DNA from: Eledone cirrhosa
Taxonomy: Eukaryota
Length of the DNA: 64,000 bases
Direction: 5' to 3'
Assembly: GCA_964016885.1 (NCBI GenBank)
Contig: OZ024756.1
Span: 12,586,001-12,650,000, forward strand
Below are positions 1-12,483 of the stretch, in pieces. Made by a program: the position numbers and the translations under genes. The notes beneath the pieces were generated by a model. That model was not told where the DNA came from and did no database searches. It saw nothing but the letters and a program-made list of their open reading frames with translations. The number at the start of each line of letters is the position of its first letter. The stretch's first letter is position 1.

Positions 1-1436
1 GAATAGGGCTCAGTCGGCATTGGTCAGTAAGGAGGCCCCAGAGTGAAAATTAAAGTACCTTCTTTTCGAGCGAGTATTGAAAAAGTTTTTTTTTTAATTT
101 CCTATTTAGCTACCAATAATCATTAAGAAGACAATTAAATTACAAGTACACTTTATTTGAAACAAACAAACAGATGTGCTGTACTGTAAACAAATAATAA
201 AGTAATAAAGTTGTATATATGTTAGTCTTTTACACAAATTGCTTTTACATGCGCAGCTTTAACAGTTGAAAAATGAGTTATAGCGTGGTCCAAGTTTACT
301 GATTTAGTAATTTTGTTTTCAATTGCCAGCAGGGCAAAACTGGATAGCCTCTCCTGGCCCATCGTTGAACGAAGATAATTTTTAATTCTTCGTAGAACAC
401 TGAAAGAGCGTTCCGCACTTGCTATGCCAATTGGTAAAGTGAGAAATAGCCTTACCAGAATTTCAAACTCGGGAAAGACATCACACAAGTCATTGTTCAG
501 TAAAAATTTCAGATATGGCATAACCCCACTTTGTTTTAAAGCTGCGTTTGGCTGTGAAAAGTAGAGGCCAATGAAAGAAAAGAGTTCATTTCTGAGTTCC
601 AGTGTGAATTCATTTGGAAAGTTATCTACCAATGTTGCTACATGTGTTTTTAGTTCATCATCTGAGCATTTAGCCAGTCGATTTGGACTCAAAAATCCAA
701 AGATTGAAGATATTTTTTTTATTCCTTCAGTTCGGGCTCTCATCTCCCCAATCATACTATCCAGTGATTGAAAATAAATTGCAGTGCGATATCTATCTGA
801 AGCAGTAGCTAGTCTTTCAACACCACAAACTTCACCATCCATAATCTTTCTTCTCCTTACTCGCGTTATTTTAAAATCAGTTTCAGATGCATCAAATCCC
901 ACGTCATTCCAGGCTTTCTTTGTCTGGTCCACAAATTGTTCAAATTTGTGATCGCATCTGAGTTCTTCCAATTTATCTGTTGAACGTTCAAAGCACTCAG
1001 TCACAAGGAATAAATCAAAAAGAAACTAAAAAAAAAAACAAGAAACTAACAAAAATATCGCCAAAAAAACAAAACAATGAAACTAACAAAAACGTTTCAA
1101 ATAAATAAATAAATCTATATTTCTTTTAACGGCTAAAAAAAAGGGAATGTAAATTTGTTGGAATAGCCTCATTTCAGCAGCCAGCAGCGAAGTTATTTAG
1201 CCTCATATCAGCAGCGAACAGCGAAGTTATTTAGCCCTAGGCATGGGGGAGGTATTTTTGGATATCGCCCAAATTACATTTTTTTTTTTTTTGCAAGCGC
1301 CCAGTCGGCAGGAGCCCAGTCGGCAGGGGCCCAGTCGGCAGGGGCCCAGTCGGCAGGGGCCCAGTCGGCAGAGGCCCAGTCGGCAGAGGCCCAGTCGGCA
1401 TTTGCCACCTTCGCCACCTGTTAAATCCGCTGCGTG
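1..1436 (-). mobile_element. internally deleted hAT DNA transposon (other end probably left of window)
   Basis: Transposase remnant, subterminal 15-bp repeats (cccagtcggcagggg, about 7 copies, 1300-1400) and a TIR-like end ttaaatccgctgcgtg near 1436. Confidence 0.7.
222..1004 (-). pseudogene. hAT transposase C-terminal fragment (ZMYM1-like, hATC dimerisation domain)
   Basis: Translation has FPEFEILVRLFLTLPIGIASAERSFSVLRRIKNYLRSTMGQERLSSFALLAIE, the hAT dimerisation motif. The N-terminal catalytic part is missing. Confidence 0.9.
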
Positions 1437-1455
1437 TAGGCTGTGTGTGTGTGTG

Positions 1456-1731
1456 TGTGTCCAAAAAATGTCACTGGTGACAAGCTGTATCGGCATTAGC
1501 TTTTCCCTTGGACAACATCGGTGGCTTGGAGAGGGGAGACTGGTATGTATGGAAGACCAACAGTCTCCCACAAACCTTACCTGGAATTGTGCCTCGGAGG
1601 GGAACCTTCTAGGTGCAAATCCTATGGTTATTCGTGGCGGAAGGGGGTCCTAACCCTTACACCAAAATATGTATACATATTTTTATTACAATGCTGTTGA
1701 AGTGTGTATACATTTTTTGGGACACCCTGTA
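1456..1731. mobile_element. Tc1/mariner-type MITE remnant with a SINE-like fragment inside (about 1472-1660)
   Basis: Right TIR reads tacagggtgtcccaaaaaatgtatacacac on the - strand; partial left TIR gtgtccaaaaaatgt. Confidence 0.5.
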
Positions 1732-2288
1732 TATATATTTATTTATGTAATCAATTTAAACGTCCGTATAGAGCTAGTAAGCCACAACAGACCTAGGAGG
1801 GGTATCCAGTACCTCTTACAATTAAGAAACAAAAACAAAAGAGAGAAAAAGAAGAACAATAGGAGGTAAAAGAAATAAAAATGTGACAAAGAAAGACAGC
1901 TAAGAAACAGCGTTTGTTGGTGGAAGAGACTATGTAGCCGGTCCAGGTAAAATAGACTCCCAGGCTACGTAGACGGTAAGAGTGTCAGACATCATGAGTT
2001 GCGGGGTTAAGACAAGTTGAAGTCATTTAGTCGTCCATTGGTAACGTAGGTTAGGCTTTAGTTACACATCTAGACGGAAATATGTAAACAGATACAGACA
2101 ACAGAAGGAAGGGGCTGGTGAAACGCCGTAGCAATGTGTGTTGCGTCCCTTTAGGGTTTACCGGCTACATAGCCTATTTATTTGTTGTTGAAATGTTTCT
2201 TAACCTCCATGTACTGGAAGATCTTGTTCAGAGTTGGTAGATCTTTAACCAATCTTGGTAGTTTTTTTAAAGACAAGCTTCTCTCATT

Positions 2289-2292
<4 letters not shown>

Positions 2293-2368
<76 letters not shown>
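2293..2368. repeat. (GA)n microsatellite
   Basis: Direct. Confidence 0.99.
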
Positions 2369-2371
<3 letters not shown>

Positions 2372-2778
2372 TTGACCCCTTTTTCTGGTAATAATTGTAT
2401 CAATTCATATATATACCGCTTTCTCAATTCCACTCCCTTTCTCTCTCTTTTTATTATCAGTAGTAGTATCATATTAACACTACTACCACCACTACTATTA
2501 CCAAGGTCACAGGGGTCAACAACCACTCCTGAATAGATTAAGGTATTTTCCGTTATTGTTGTTGCTGAAAACAACCCCAACTGAATGACCTGATATTCAA
2601 TAGACTTGTTGTTGGAATGGTGAAACTAATAGGAAGAGGTTACTTCTACTGATGTTGTGAATTCATTCATTCTGAATCGTATGCTACCGGTGCTTTGAGA
2701 AAGCAACACCAAAATACAAGGAATTGAAATAACAGAAAAAAGCTGTCTTCCATCTTTATGTTTTTCTGGGGGTTTTTT

Positions 2779-2850
2779 CTGTTCAAATTCTAACCACCTG
2801 ATGAGGTCATAGCTGTTGCATAATAGTTATTACCGAAATATATACAACAG
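2779..2850 (+). ncRNA. hammerhead ribozyme-like motif in a Penelope-like repeat (downstream part repeated at 7030-7285)
   Basis: CTGATGA 2798-2804, stem II GGTCATAGCT/AGTTATTACC, GAAA-TATA-TA. Stem I is weak. Confidence 0.55.
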
Positions 2851-3005
2851 CAACTATGAATAAACGAAGTTAATTTCAACCTGTTGACTTACAATTCATG
2901 TTTATAAATATACTCCGGAGTAAGCAGACCCACCTGCATACTTCGTCAAGTGCTCTACCCTACATACTGAAGTGTCGGTGATTAACCAACACATACTCGA
3001 ATTAA

Positions 3006-4215
3006 TCTCTCTATATAAAATGCTTTGTCTCTCTGTCTTTTCCTATGCATTCCCAATGGCTCGACCAAATCAAATCAAATTTTATTAGACCCCGGCAGTG
3101 TCAACATGTAATTTTCATTTTCATTTGGACTAAAACAATATAACATTTTATCTAAAATAATATTTCTATAGTCAACTATAGTAAACCACCACGACGTCAC
3201 ATTTTGTATATGAGTGTGTATGTGTCTATGAGTGTGTGTATGTTTGTGAGTTTGTTACGTACGTTAAGCTTCCAAGAATTAAACACATCTACACATATTT
3301 ATAGCCTTAGTAAGTTGGATACTCATTTTCTTCACACACACATACACATCTACTCATACATATACATATATGCTGACTGACAAGTAATAGGTGTGCGTGA
3401 ATGTATGTTTGTGTGTGTCTGTCTTAGTATATGTGTGTGTGAGTGTATGTGTGATAATTTTTATTTTAACGTTAGGCCTCAGAGAATTAAACACCACACA
3501 TACATATAGCCATGGTAAGTTGCATACACATTATCTTCACACACAGACAATTAAACACACACACACGCATCTACACATACAAATACATATGTGATGACAG
3601 ACAGGTGTGCGTGAATGTATGTCTGTGTGTGTCTGTCTTAGTATCTATATGTGAGAGTGTATGTGTGTGTGAGAGTGTATATGTGATAATTTTTTTATTT
3701 TCATTTGCATTAAAACAATAGAAAACAACATTACGATGTCACATTTTGTATATGAATATGTATGTGCCTGTGAGAGTGTATGTGTCTGTGAGTGTGTGTG
3801 TGCGCGTTCATTAGGTACGTTATTAAACCTACACACGCATCTACACATATATATACATATGTGGCGACTGACAACAAAATGAGGTAAAAGCTATGCGTGT
3901 GACTGCATGAATGTATGTCTGTGTGTGTCTGTCTTAGTATATGTATGTGAAAGTGTATGTGTGTAAGTGTGTAGCAACAATTCATTCATTTGGACGCCAA
4001 TAAAAAATTACACAATGAATATTGTTTACCCTGAGGTACTTCAAGATTGACAGATTTTCATTTCTACATTCTATTATCACAATTTTGATATTTTTTAAAT
4101 AAAATATAAATATTTTGACATAGTTATGAGAAAAAATAACATATCTTCACATTTATTGTTTACTAATCTGAATAAGAGCAACAGTAACCCGGGAAACGCC
4201 GGCTAATGCAGCTAG
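3006..4215 (+). mobile_element. non-autonomous Helitron
   Basis: Starts A|TCTCTCTATATAAAA, ends with a GC hairpin (ccgggaaacgccgg) then CTAG|T; contains degenerate internal tandem duplications. Confidence 0.8.
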
Positions 4216-4220
4216 TAATA

Positions 4221-4294
<74 letters not shown>

Positions 4295-4297
<3 letters not shown>

Positions 4298-4693
4298 GGT
4301 CTCTACGAAGGTCCGACTTCCACACCGATCTCAAGCTGTGGCACGCCACCCAGGCCTTGCTCTTCTTCTCAACCACATCATCTTCCGTATTCCCAATCTT
4401 TGCTCCCAAATACAGGAAGCCCTCAACCAATTCTAGCGGCTTCCCGCCTACATTAGTGATCCCCTCTGGCTTCTCAACATTCTCACCGACATCCAGAGTT
4501 GACATTGCACTCAGTGCTCCTTTGGGAGCCCCTACACGGACACACTAGAAGAGGAAGACCAAGGTTAACGTATGTTGATGCCCTAAGGACAGACACTGGT
4601 CTGTTGGAGACGCAGGACATGGCAGCGATGATGAGGGACAGAGACCGCTGGAGAGAACTCGTCCATGGATCTCGGGAATTTTACCCGCCTTAG
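4295..4693. mobile_element. RTE-type LINE 3' fragment with inverted 5' part
   Basis: - strand 4295-4505: VEGFLYLG...KAWVACHSLRSVWKSDL. + strand 4500-4693: LLWEPLHGHTRRGRPRLTYVD...DRDRWRELV. Confidence 0.8.
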
Positions 4694-4894
4694 AATATAT
4701 ATATACATATTATAATTAATCTTGGAAGAGGAAATTTAACTCTCTACCCACCCGAAATAGTCCTTCTCACTATTTAACGTACATATGCGGTGGATTGGCA
4801 GTGTCAGGTCAGTAAAGGGTCGGACGCCATGCTTTCCACCATAGAGTTACGTCCCTTTAAGTTCTGATATATCGACATATATATTCATATATCG

Positions 4895-5560
4895 ACACCA
4901 CCTTAAACATTTGGAGCGTTTCCATTAGATGTGTCTCAGACGGATCCATGGCGTTCACTGGAGGGATCATATCAGTGATGTCGAGATTTTGGAAAGCTGT
5001 GTGACAGTATAGAAGCTCTTGTGCTTAAGCAAAGACTCCGATGGAGTGGTCACCTTGCCAGGATAAAGGATTCTAGAATACCGAAACAACTCTTTTATGG
5101 AGAGTTAGTTAAAGGAAAATGACCCCCACATAAACGAAAAAAGAGGTATAAGGATTCGTTGAAAGCCTCTTTGAAAGACGCTAACATCTCTGCTGATACA
5201 TGGGTAAGCATAGCTGCTGATCGTAATGAATGGAGAAAGACTGTACATGAGGGGAAAGTTGCTTTTGAAGTATCTTGAATTGCATACGAGAAAGTAAAAA
5301 GGGATGTGAGGAAGGGCATTGCTGTTGCATTTCCAGACAGCGAAGGTTCTCCTATGGTGCTGACATGCAGCATCTGTGCAAGACTCTGCTTCAGCAAAGC
5401 TGGACTCGAAAGTCATCTTCGCAGTCATAAAGTGAGACCAGTGGTTGACTACCAGGCTGCTGTCGAAGATGCTGCCCATCATACCTGTCAAGCATGTGGA
5501 AAAGATCAACAGGAGGGCTCATACGACATGCAAAAGTGCATAAAGACCAACCACAACCAT
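4895..5560 (+). pseudogene. RTE LINE ORF 3' end (stops/frameshifts) with C-terminal C2H2 finger
   Basis: RLRWSGHLARIKDSRIPKQLFYGEL...KRYKDSLK...DRNEWR; CSICARLCFSKAGLESHLRSH. Confidence 0.85.
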
Positions 5561-5857
5561 CTATTGCCAGTGAATCTTTTGGTTGCCAACTCTGAGCAAG
5601 ACATTTTAGAGGAATGGCTTTTTAGTCCAGAGTACTGTGAAATCTAATAATTTTAGAGGCAAGCCAGCACGCTTGCAACGTTACCTCAGGTGATGGCGAG
5701 GCTGATACGCTGGAACAGCCACGCGACCTCATGAGCATCACCAGTTACCTCGGTTAGACGAGCTGCCAGTGAAGACAAGAATCTCGCAGTCAGTAGCCCG
5801 ACTCCCCCAAACTTCTCGAACGCCACAGACTGGACAATGTAGTTAGCCGACAGATCA

Positions 5858-5901
<44 letters not shown>

Positions 5902-6089
5902 GATAACAAGTTATCATTATAGGTAATCCACTTACATTTTTAATATATCCTATCTTATCTTTTACTTTTTACATCTGTAACTTCTCTACCTATTTACCAT
6001 ATATATTTTATTATTGATGTTATTGTTTTGATTATACGCTACTCTTCTATATATATCTTGCCTCGGGTGAATTATTTTTATATCTATGT

Positions 6090-6258
6090 ATGTGTTGATG
6101 TGTTGATCAGAGGTAAATAATGTATTGCAGATTGAGTGACGCAACTTCAAGCGATTAGCGACCTCTAGACTCACCTGATCAATGAAACAATTGTCAGTAC
6201 TTGAAATAAAGCCCCTTGTTGTACAGCCAACCATGTTACTCTTCATTCTTTTACTATA
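6090..6258 (+). repeat. dispersed Penelope-like LTR-type repeat (second, fold-back copy at 52191-52423)
   Basis: Near-identical sequence in both places; long hairpin followed by GAAA-CAATTG-TC (degenerate hammerhead 3' half). Confidence 0.55.
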
Positions 6259-6477
6259 TATATATATGCAAAAGACAAACACGTGCACGCACACACATAT
6301 ATATTCATTGAGCTTTTCATGTTGAGTAATTTAATCAATATGCAATTTATATGTATGGATTTAACCTAACCAGTCATGTAGTATCTGCCTTCTGGGTGAC
6401 ATTAGTTTTATTCAATCGTTTTCCTTAGGCACTGGATTAGGTAATGTTTCAGAGTGAGATAAAGTAAGACCTTAAGT

Positions 6478-6603
6478 ACTTACTGATGAACGATGTTTCC
6501 TGGTCTTGATGTTGCTAAGATCGATGACGGGTGATTGAGCCCAATCATTAGTTCGATTATAGGCATCATATTCTGGAATTTATCATGAAACGGCCGTATA
6601 TGT
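6478..6603 (+). ncRNA. hammerhead ribozyme-like motif with long stem II
   Basis: ACTTA-CTGATGA-(about 95-nt stem II region)-GAAA-CGGCCG-TA-TATGT; palindromic stem III. Confidence 0.55.
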
Positions 6604-6647
6604 GAATTCTTTCTATGAGAGATTACATTTATTATTTGTCATTGTAA

Positions 6648-6842
6648 GGGCGGTGAATTGGCAGTATCGGTAGAGGGTTGGACGCCATGCTTTGCAGCAT
6701 AGAGTTACGGTCCCTTATGGTCCGAGTTCAAATCTCGTCGAGGTTAACTTTGCCTTTCATCCTTACGGGGTCGATAAAATAAAGTACCAGTAATGTATTG
6801 GGTATTTGCTGGCCTTGTGCCAAAAGTAGAAACAATTATTTG
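6648..6842 (+). mobile_element. tRNA-derived SINE, family A
   Basis: A box tggcagtatcgg, B box gagttcaaat, body ctttgcctttcatccttacggggtcgataaaataaagtacc, tail ggccttgtgccaaaagtagaaac. Many copies in the window. Confidence 0.9.
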
Positions 6843-7285
6843 TCATTATATATATGCACATGATGCTAGTTGTTTCTCAACTAGATATATGTAAGAGACC
6901 TTTTCGTATATCGTTCAAATTTGTATAAATTATGCTCTGAGTTCATTGAGATTTCTTTGTTGAGTAACTCAATATACATTATATATGTATAGATTTAACC
7001 TAATTATAGTATCTCTCTCTATATATATAATATTCAAATATAACAGCGACTATGAATAAACGAAATATATATAACAGCAACTATGATTAAACGAAGTTAA
7101 TTTTAATCTGTTGCCTTACAATTCATGTTTATAAATATGAATAATCGAAGTTAATTTTAACCTGTTGACTTACAATTCATGTTTATAAATATACTACGGA
7201 GTAAACAGACACACCTGTGCACTTCGTTGAGTGCTCTCCCCTACATACTGAGGTATCGGTAATTAACCAACATATACTCGAATTA

Positions 7286-7324
<39 letters not shown>

Positions 7325-8092
7325 CGTGCGTACGTGTATGTATGTATGTATCAATAAATATAATATATACAAACACATATATATGTTATAACCGTCAAAA
7401 CGGCTTGAGCTCTGCCGTCGGGGTCATACTTTCTCCTATTACCCACTCTACTACCCTAAGTATTGAGTACTCTGGTGCGTTAGGGCCCACCTGGTTCCTT
7501 ACAACAACTCCTTCGTTTGTTATATTGTATATATATATATGAGTTTTTAACTTATCACATCCATAGCAAAGGAGAACTGGCTAGAAAAGTTGGTAACCAA
7601 CTTTGAAAGAATGTGTAATATTTACACACAATGAAGGAAAGAGGGAGAGAGAGAGAGAGAGTGTGAGAGAGAGTGTGTGTGTGTGAATGTGGGAGTGAGA
7701 GTGTGAGAGAGAGAGTGTGTGTGTGTGTGAATGTGGGAGTGAGAGAGAGAGAGAGAGGTGAATGTGAAAGTAAGAGAAAGAGGGTAAAAGTGAGAGAGTT
7801 TACATGTGTGAATGGAAGAAAAGGAGAAAGAAGAGACGAGTCTAACTCTTTCTCCCTCCCTCTCTCTAATATATATATATATATATATTTCTATACTTTT
7901 CATTTATATATATATAATCACACATAGTCGCCCAAAGTTAGAGACTTATTTGTAAACAGGTAGAGTTTACGATTCTCGGACAGAAGAAATACATTATCAA
8001 AGAGAAGAAGAAGGATACACACCGAAATATATAAAGGAATATCTTAAAAGATGTTTTTTGTGTGTTTTGACAGTTATTTGCCTGCATGAGAC

Positions 8093-9370
8093 ATGGAAAA
8101 TATCGTGGATTTAAAGAAAAAAATCAGGTCTGTTTTATTAAGTTCAAAACACGGCGTGAGAAAAAACATTTTTTTAAAAGAATATAAACATTTAACTGGT
8201 GAAGATATCGACATGGGAGAAACGGGATTTAAAACTTTAGAAGATTTTCTCAGATCGATTCCCGATACAGTGTTTATTTATGATGGATGTTACTTTGCTG
8301 TTGCGTGTAACAGCACAGTGCACCTGGAGAAATTAATACAGCAGCAAAAGTCGAAGTCCAAAGAGAAAACGAAAGCGATTTCATCAGGTCACCCTCCCAA
8401 TGTGGGACGACATTATATTCAGAACGACCCAAAACGGCGAGTTTATCGAAGCCGGTATGATAGGTTTTCTCGGGATAATGCTGATGATAATCAAATCACA
8501 CGAAGCGTATCGATGAAAGAGGTGAGCCCTGATTTAATATCAACAACACGTCCGTGTCGAAAGCAACAAGGCGTGAGAAAGCCAATCACTTCTGATAATT
8601 CAGCTATCGATGACCTACGGACAAAACTGTTATCGATACTGTATCAAGTTCCTGGCGGATTGAATGCTAAAGATTTACAAGAGAAATACAAGTCTGAGAC
8701 GGGTGGGTACATACCCTTAAAGGAATATGGTTACAAAACTTTGGAAGAACTGTTAATCAACTTCAGCATGTATCAAACCCGATGTATCAAACAAGGGTCG
8801 TTCTTTGTAGCTGTCGCACATGATAGAATGAATAAATGGCCAGAAAATAGACAATACGTTTCAACGCCAGACCTTCACACCACAGGGTATACGGCAGCTA
8901 ATAATGGACGGAAAGTTGTAATCCACAAAAGATTCGGTGAATTAAATCGATCTAGATTGATAGACAACCGTAATTATCACGATTTTCGTGTGTCGGAAGA
9001 CGGTCTTTCAGGAAAGTCTCGTCTCTGTATTAATGATATTAATTCACAAAATAGTAAGTTTCCTAGTTCAAACGGTGGTTGCCAGTGTCACCTAAAAGAA
9101 GATCATGTGTGTACAAATTGTAATAACAACCGTGTGCATCACCCGAACGAGATTCGTTTAGCAGGGCATGGTAGGAGGAAACGTAACAAGGAAATAAATA
9201 TACATCGAACTGTAACCCTCATTGACGAGTCACAACCTGGTAGTACACTCAAAATACAACACGGAAATCTTGGTCTCCAAGATCTTCGAATTTCTTTTCA
9301 AAATACACATTTAGATGACACTAACAGCGGAAATGTTGACAAAGTGAGACTAAAAACTGCTGTCATTTAA
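8093..9370 (+). CDS. double LOTUS (OST-HTH) domain protein, TDRD5/TDRD7-like N-terminus without Tudor domain
   Basis: LOTUS1 LKKKIRSVLLSSKHGV...EYKHLTGEDI...GFKTLEDFLRSIPDTV plus extension helix STVHLEKLIQQQKS. LOTUS2 LRTKLLSIL...YKSETGGYIPLKEYGYKTLEELL. Open for 425 codons; acceptor ttttgacag at 8073; ATG context gacATGG. Confidence 0.88.
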   Translation: MENIVDLKKKIRSVLLSSKHGVRKNIFLKEYKHLTGEDIDMGETGFKTLEDFLRSIPDTVFIYDGCYFAVACNSTVHLEKLIQQQKSKSKEKTKAISSGHPPNVGRHYIQNDPKRRVYRSRYDRFSRDNADDNQITRSVSMKEVSPDLISTTRPCRKQQGVRKPITSDNSAIDDLRTKLLSILYQVPGGLNAKDLQEKYKSETGGYIPLKEYGYKTLEELLINFSMYQTRCIKQGSFFVAVAHDRMNKWPENRQYVSTPDLHTTGYTAANNGRKVVIHKRFGELNRSRLIDNRNYHDFRVSEDGLSGKSRLCINDINSQNSKFPSSNGGCQCHLKEDHVCTNCNNNRVHHPNEIRLAGHGRRKRNKEINIHRTVTLIDESQPGSTLKIQHGNLGLQDLRISFQNTHLDDTNSGNVDKVRLKTAVI

Positions 9371-10130
9371 TTACAAGGATTCGTTATCGAATTTGAAAAT
9401 CATCACAGCACCCGAAACAAAAATATGTCCCTGTAAAATTATATTCTTCTATTTCATTCATCCTTCAGCAATATATACCAACTACTTTTTCTAATTAGTA
9501 AGAGTAATAACCAATTTATGTTATATAAAACCTCTGGAAAAAGTTTCTTTCTTTTCTTTTATTTTTATATTTAATCTAATTTTATTTTTGCCTAAAACCT
9601 TTCAAATATATTATGAGTAGATTAGCAGATAATTCGCACGTTTAGAATTGTTTTGAAATTTCGTAAACAGGTTCGCAATGGATAAACGAATTCATGGTAA
9701 AGACTCGTATTTTATTCAAATATCGTAAAAAACAAAACAAGATATTCATTTAAAGCAGTAAAAAAATATATATCTATAAAGATATAAAGGGAACAAAACT
9801 TATTGAAATCACTAAATTCCCGTTTAAAACTTTTTAAAAAAATCCTAGCCAAAAGTGGGACATTTCTTTCCAGCAACGAAATTATATTTATTTACTGTAT
9901 AAAGTTGTGTAAACCTCTTATCTATTTTGTGTAAATGTGTGACGTTTGAACGAGTATCTTCAACCTGCAGCTAACCCTCCACCTCTGGGCCTCGGCAGTC
10001 GACAATTGGAGAATGCATTGCCCCGGGGTACGGCGAAGAAGACATGCCGAAACAGCCAGTACACCTCGTGGGGATCGCAGCGGGCAGCCAACTCCACTCC
10101 GATATCAGTGAGTAGGGATGTGGGCCTGGG

Positions 10131-10330
10131 ACCCTACAGTAAGATCGAACATAAAACCATGCGGTTGTGAAGCGATCACAACTATATGTATTTATATATA
10201 ATTAAAATTTTATTTCTCGATATTGCACAGCTGATACATAAATCTAAGTATGCATACGTACACATATATATATATATAGTTGTGATCGCTTCACAACCGC
10301 ATCGTTTTATGTTCGATCTTACTGTAGGGT
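10131..10330. repeat. inverted repeat (about 55-bp arms) at the end of a GC-richer dispersed element (9950-10186)
   Basis: accctacagtaagatcgaacataaaacc...cacaacta is mirrored at 10275-10330. Confidence 0.9.
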
Positions 10331-10514
10331 ATTTGTGAAAATTGCGTTGACATGTACTTCGTTGGACAAGCAGACCTATCTTATTACTTATCTGCTGAAA
10401 TCAATCGTGTATAAATTATGTGAATGTTATCCCGTTTCTAGGAAATCTCATATCATGGGTATATTTATTTTATATATTATCTTTCGCTTCTGTCTTCAAT
10501 TTATTTACCACGTG

Positions 10515-10745
10515 AATTGGCAGTGTCGGTAGAGCGTCGGACATGATTTGCGGCATATAGTTAATGGGCCTTTACCGGCTGAGTTCAAATTGGTGGCCTT
10601 GTGCCATCTGTCGAAAGGTCAACTTTGCCTTTCATTCTTATGGTGTCGATAAATAAAGTACCAGTAATGAACAGGAGTCGATTTTAATCGACTTTCCCCT
10701 TCCTTCCCAAATCGCTGGCCTTGTGCCATCTGTAGAAACAATTTG
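10515..10745 (+). mobile_element. SINE family A (rearranged)
   Basis: A/B boxes, same body and tail as 6648-6842. Confidence 0.8.
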
Positions 10746-10857
10746 GGGTTAGCTTTATCTTTTATTAACGCACTTGGGTGGATTTAATCCGTTCTAGTAT
10801 TGTAATACCTATCCCGTTGTTTAACACCTTTTACGGGATTCCAGTGTGTTGTAAATA

Positions 10858-11062
10858 TGGTTTCTGATTTAGGCACAAGGCCAGCAATTTTGGGGGAGGG
10901 GAAAATCAATTAAATCGTCTCCAGGTACTTTATTTTATCGACCCTGTAAGGATCAACGGCAAAACTAACTTCAGCAAGATTTGAACTCAGAACGTAAAGG
11001 ACCGTAACTATATGCCACAAAGCATGTCCGACGCTTCACCGACTACTGCCAATCCACTGCTC
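10858..11062 (-). mobile_element. SINE family A
   Basis: Reverse complement of the family A head, body and tail. Confidence 0.8.
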
Positions 11063-11225
11063 TCTGTTGTAAATATAAACATTTGGGGGTGGGTGTCTAC
11101 TCTCTTGGTCTTAGATAAAAACTTTTTTTCAAATAATTTTAACTCTCAAGCACTGAAAATAACCTTGACTAAGTGATGGAGTGGATGTTATTTTGGGGCT
11201 GTCATTACCAATAGGAAAAGGACAA

Positions 11226-11311
11226 TATGAGGGTCGGCTGAAAAGTTCATAGGCTGAGTAAGATACTCTCATGGAATGACCAAATGAGGTTTGTTTTTCA
11301 ACATAGTCCCT
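11226..11311 (+). mobile_element. mariner TIR fragment
   Basis: TA|TGAGGGTCGGCTGAAAAGTTC...tttttcaacatagtccc. Confidence 0.6.
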
Positions 11312-11922
11312 GGAAAGAAACAATGCAGTTATTAATAAGAATTGAAATTAATGTATCATAATCTATAAAGCTCAGTGTGTGGTCATGCTCCTTTCTTATA
11401 GAAATCTACGATATAGAATTTCTTCAATTGAAATTTACAATTCAGTATTCGAAATAGCATCGATTGCGTCTTGGCACATCTAATTTTTTCAATTTCACCC
11501 ACAATTACGCAAAAAAATAGATAACACTCAATATTTTACGATTTTCCTCTGTCATTTAAAATGCTAAACTCTTTCCACGACCATTCAAAATCTATACGAC
11601 TTCATACTTTCTGCTACTTTCTCTCTCATATCATCTGACAACGTGCGTGATTGCCGAAGAGAGAGAAGAGACTGAGAGGGAGAGAGATAGAGAACGTTTA
11701 TTATTACATAAAGTACCAGTAATGTACTGGGTAATTGCTGGCCTTGTGCCAAAAAAGTAGAAACAATTATTACATTTCATACGAAACGACAATTATTCAA
11801 AAGCAACAGATACATTTATTCAACAAGCGATAAATCTTTTTTAAAACCTCTTTTCCAAACGCATACAAACACACTCACTTCAACAACAACAATCTGCCTT
11901 TTATAGATAATGATAAACAATA

Positions 11923-12195
11923 ATATCCTCTATGAGGTCACTAAACCTGCTAGAAACAGCAGCTAACTCTCCCCCATTCACACCCCTCCCTACTGTCTTA
12001 AATTTAGAAAACATATCTTCTATGAGGTCACTAAACCTGCTAGAAACAGCAGCTAACTCTCGCCCATATCACACCACTCCCTACTGTATTAAATTTAGAA
12101 AACATATCCTCTATGAGGTCACTAAACCTGCTAGAAACAACAGCTAACTCTCCCTCATATCACAACCCTCCCTACTGTCTTAAATTTAAAAAACA
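11923..12195 (+). repeat. tandem repeat, about 90 bp x3
   Basis: atatcctctatgaggtcactaaacctgctagaaacagcagctaactct recurs three times. Confidence 0.9.
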
Positions 12196-12199
12196 CACA

Positions 12200-12483
12200 G
12201 ACAACCATGCAGAACAACTCCATCGCAGCTCTGTTGTTCGGCTGGCATCGTCTACGCGCGTGTTGCGCAAGTACTGTGAATCAATAAATTTCAACACTTT
12301 TTTGCACAGAGATAATATCCATAGGCGAAACTACAATTGTCACTGCTGGCGCAGCTCATGCTTCCAGGTCTGCAATTCATTCACCCAGTGCCTGGCAGAC
12401 AAAAAAGTGCTGCCATAAAATGGGTGGTGCAACCTAACTTTGGTAACTTAATGACCCCGAGCAACGCCGGGCTTTAATGCTAG
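12200..12483 (+). mobile_element. Helitron 3' end
   Basis: Hairpin cccgagcaacgccggg followed by CTAG|T at 12480-12484. The 5' boundary is uncertain. Confidence 0.6.

Noticed and set aside
1227-1653. Pentapeptide-repeat ORFs (GPSRQ/PLPTG)
   Set aside because: Translations of the hAT subterminal 15-bp repeats.
8093-9370. oskar ortholog
   Set aside because: No SGNH-like OSK domain is recognisable after the LOTUS domains.
10025-10070. Ribozyme at cggcgaagaagacatgccgaaac
   Set aside because: The core lacks CUGA; too degenerate to call.
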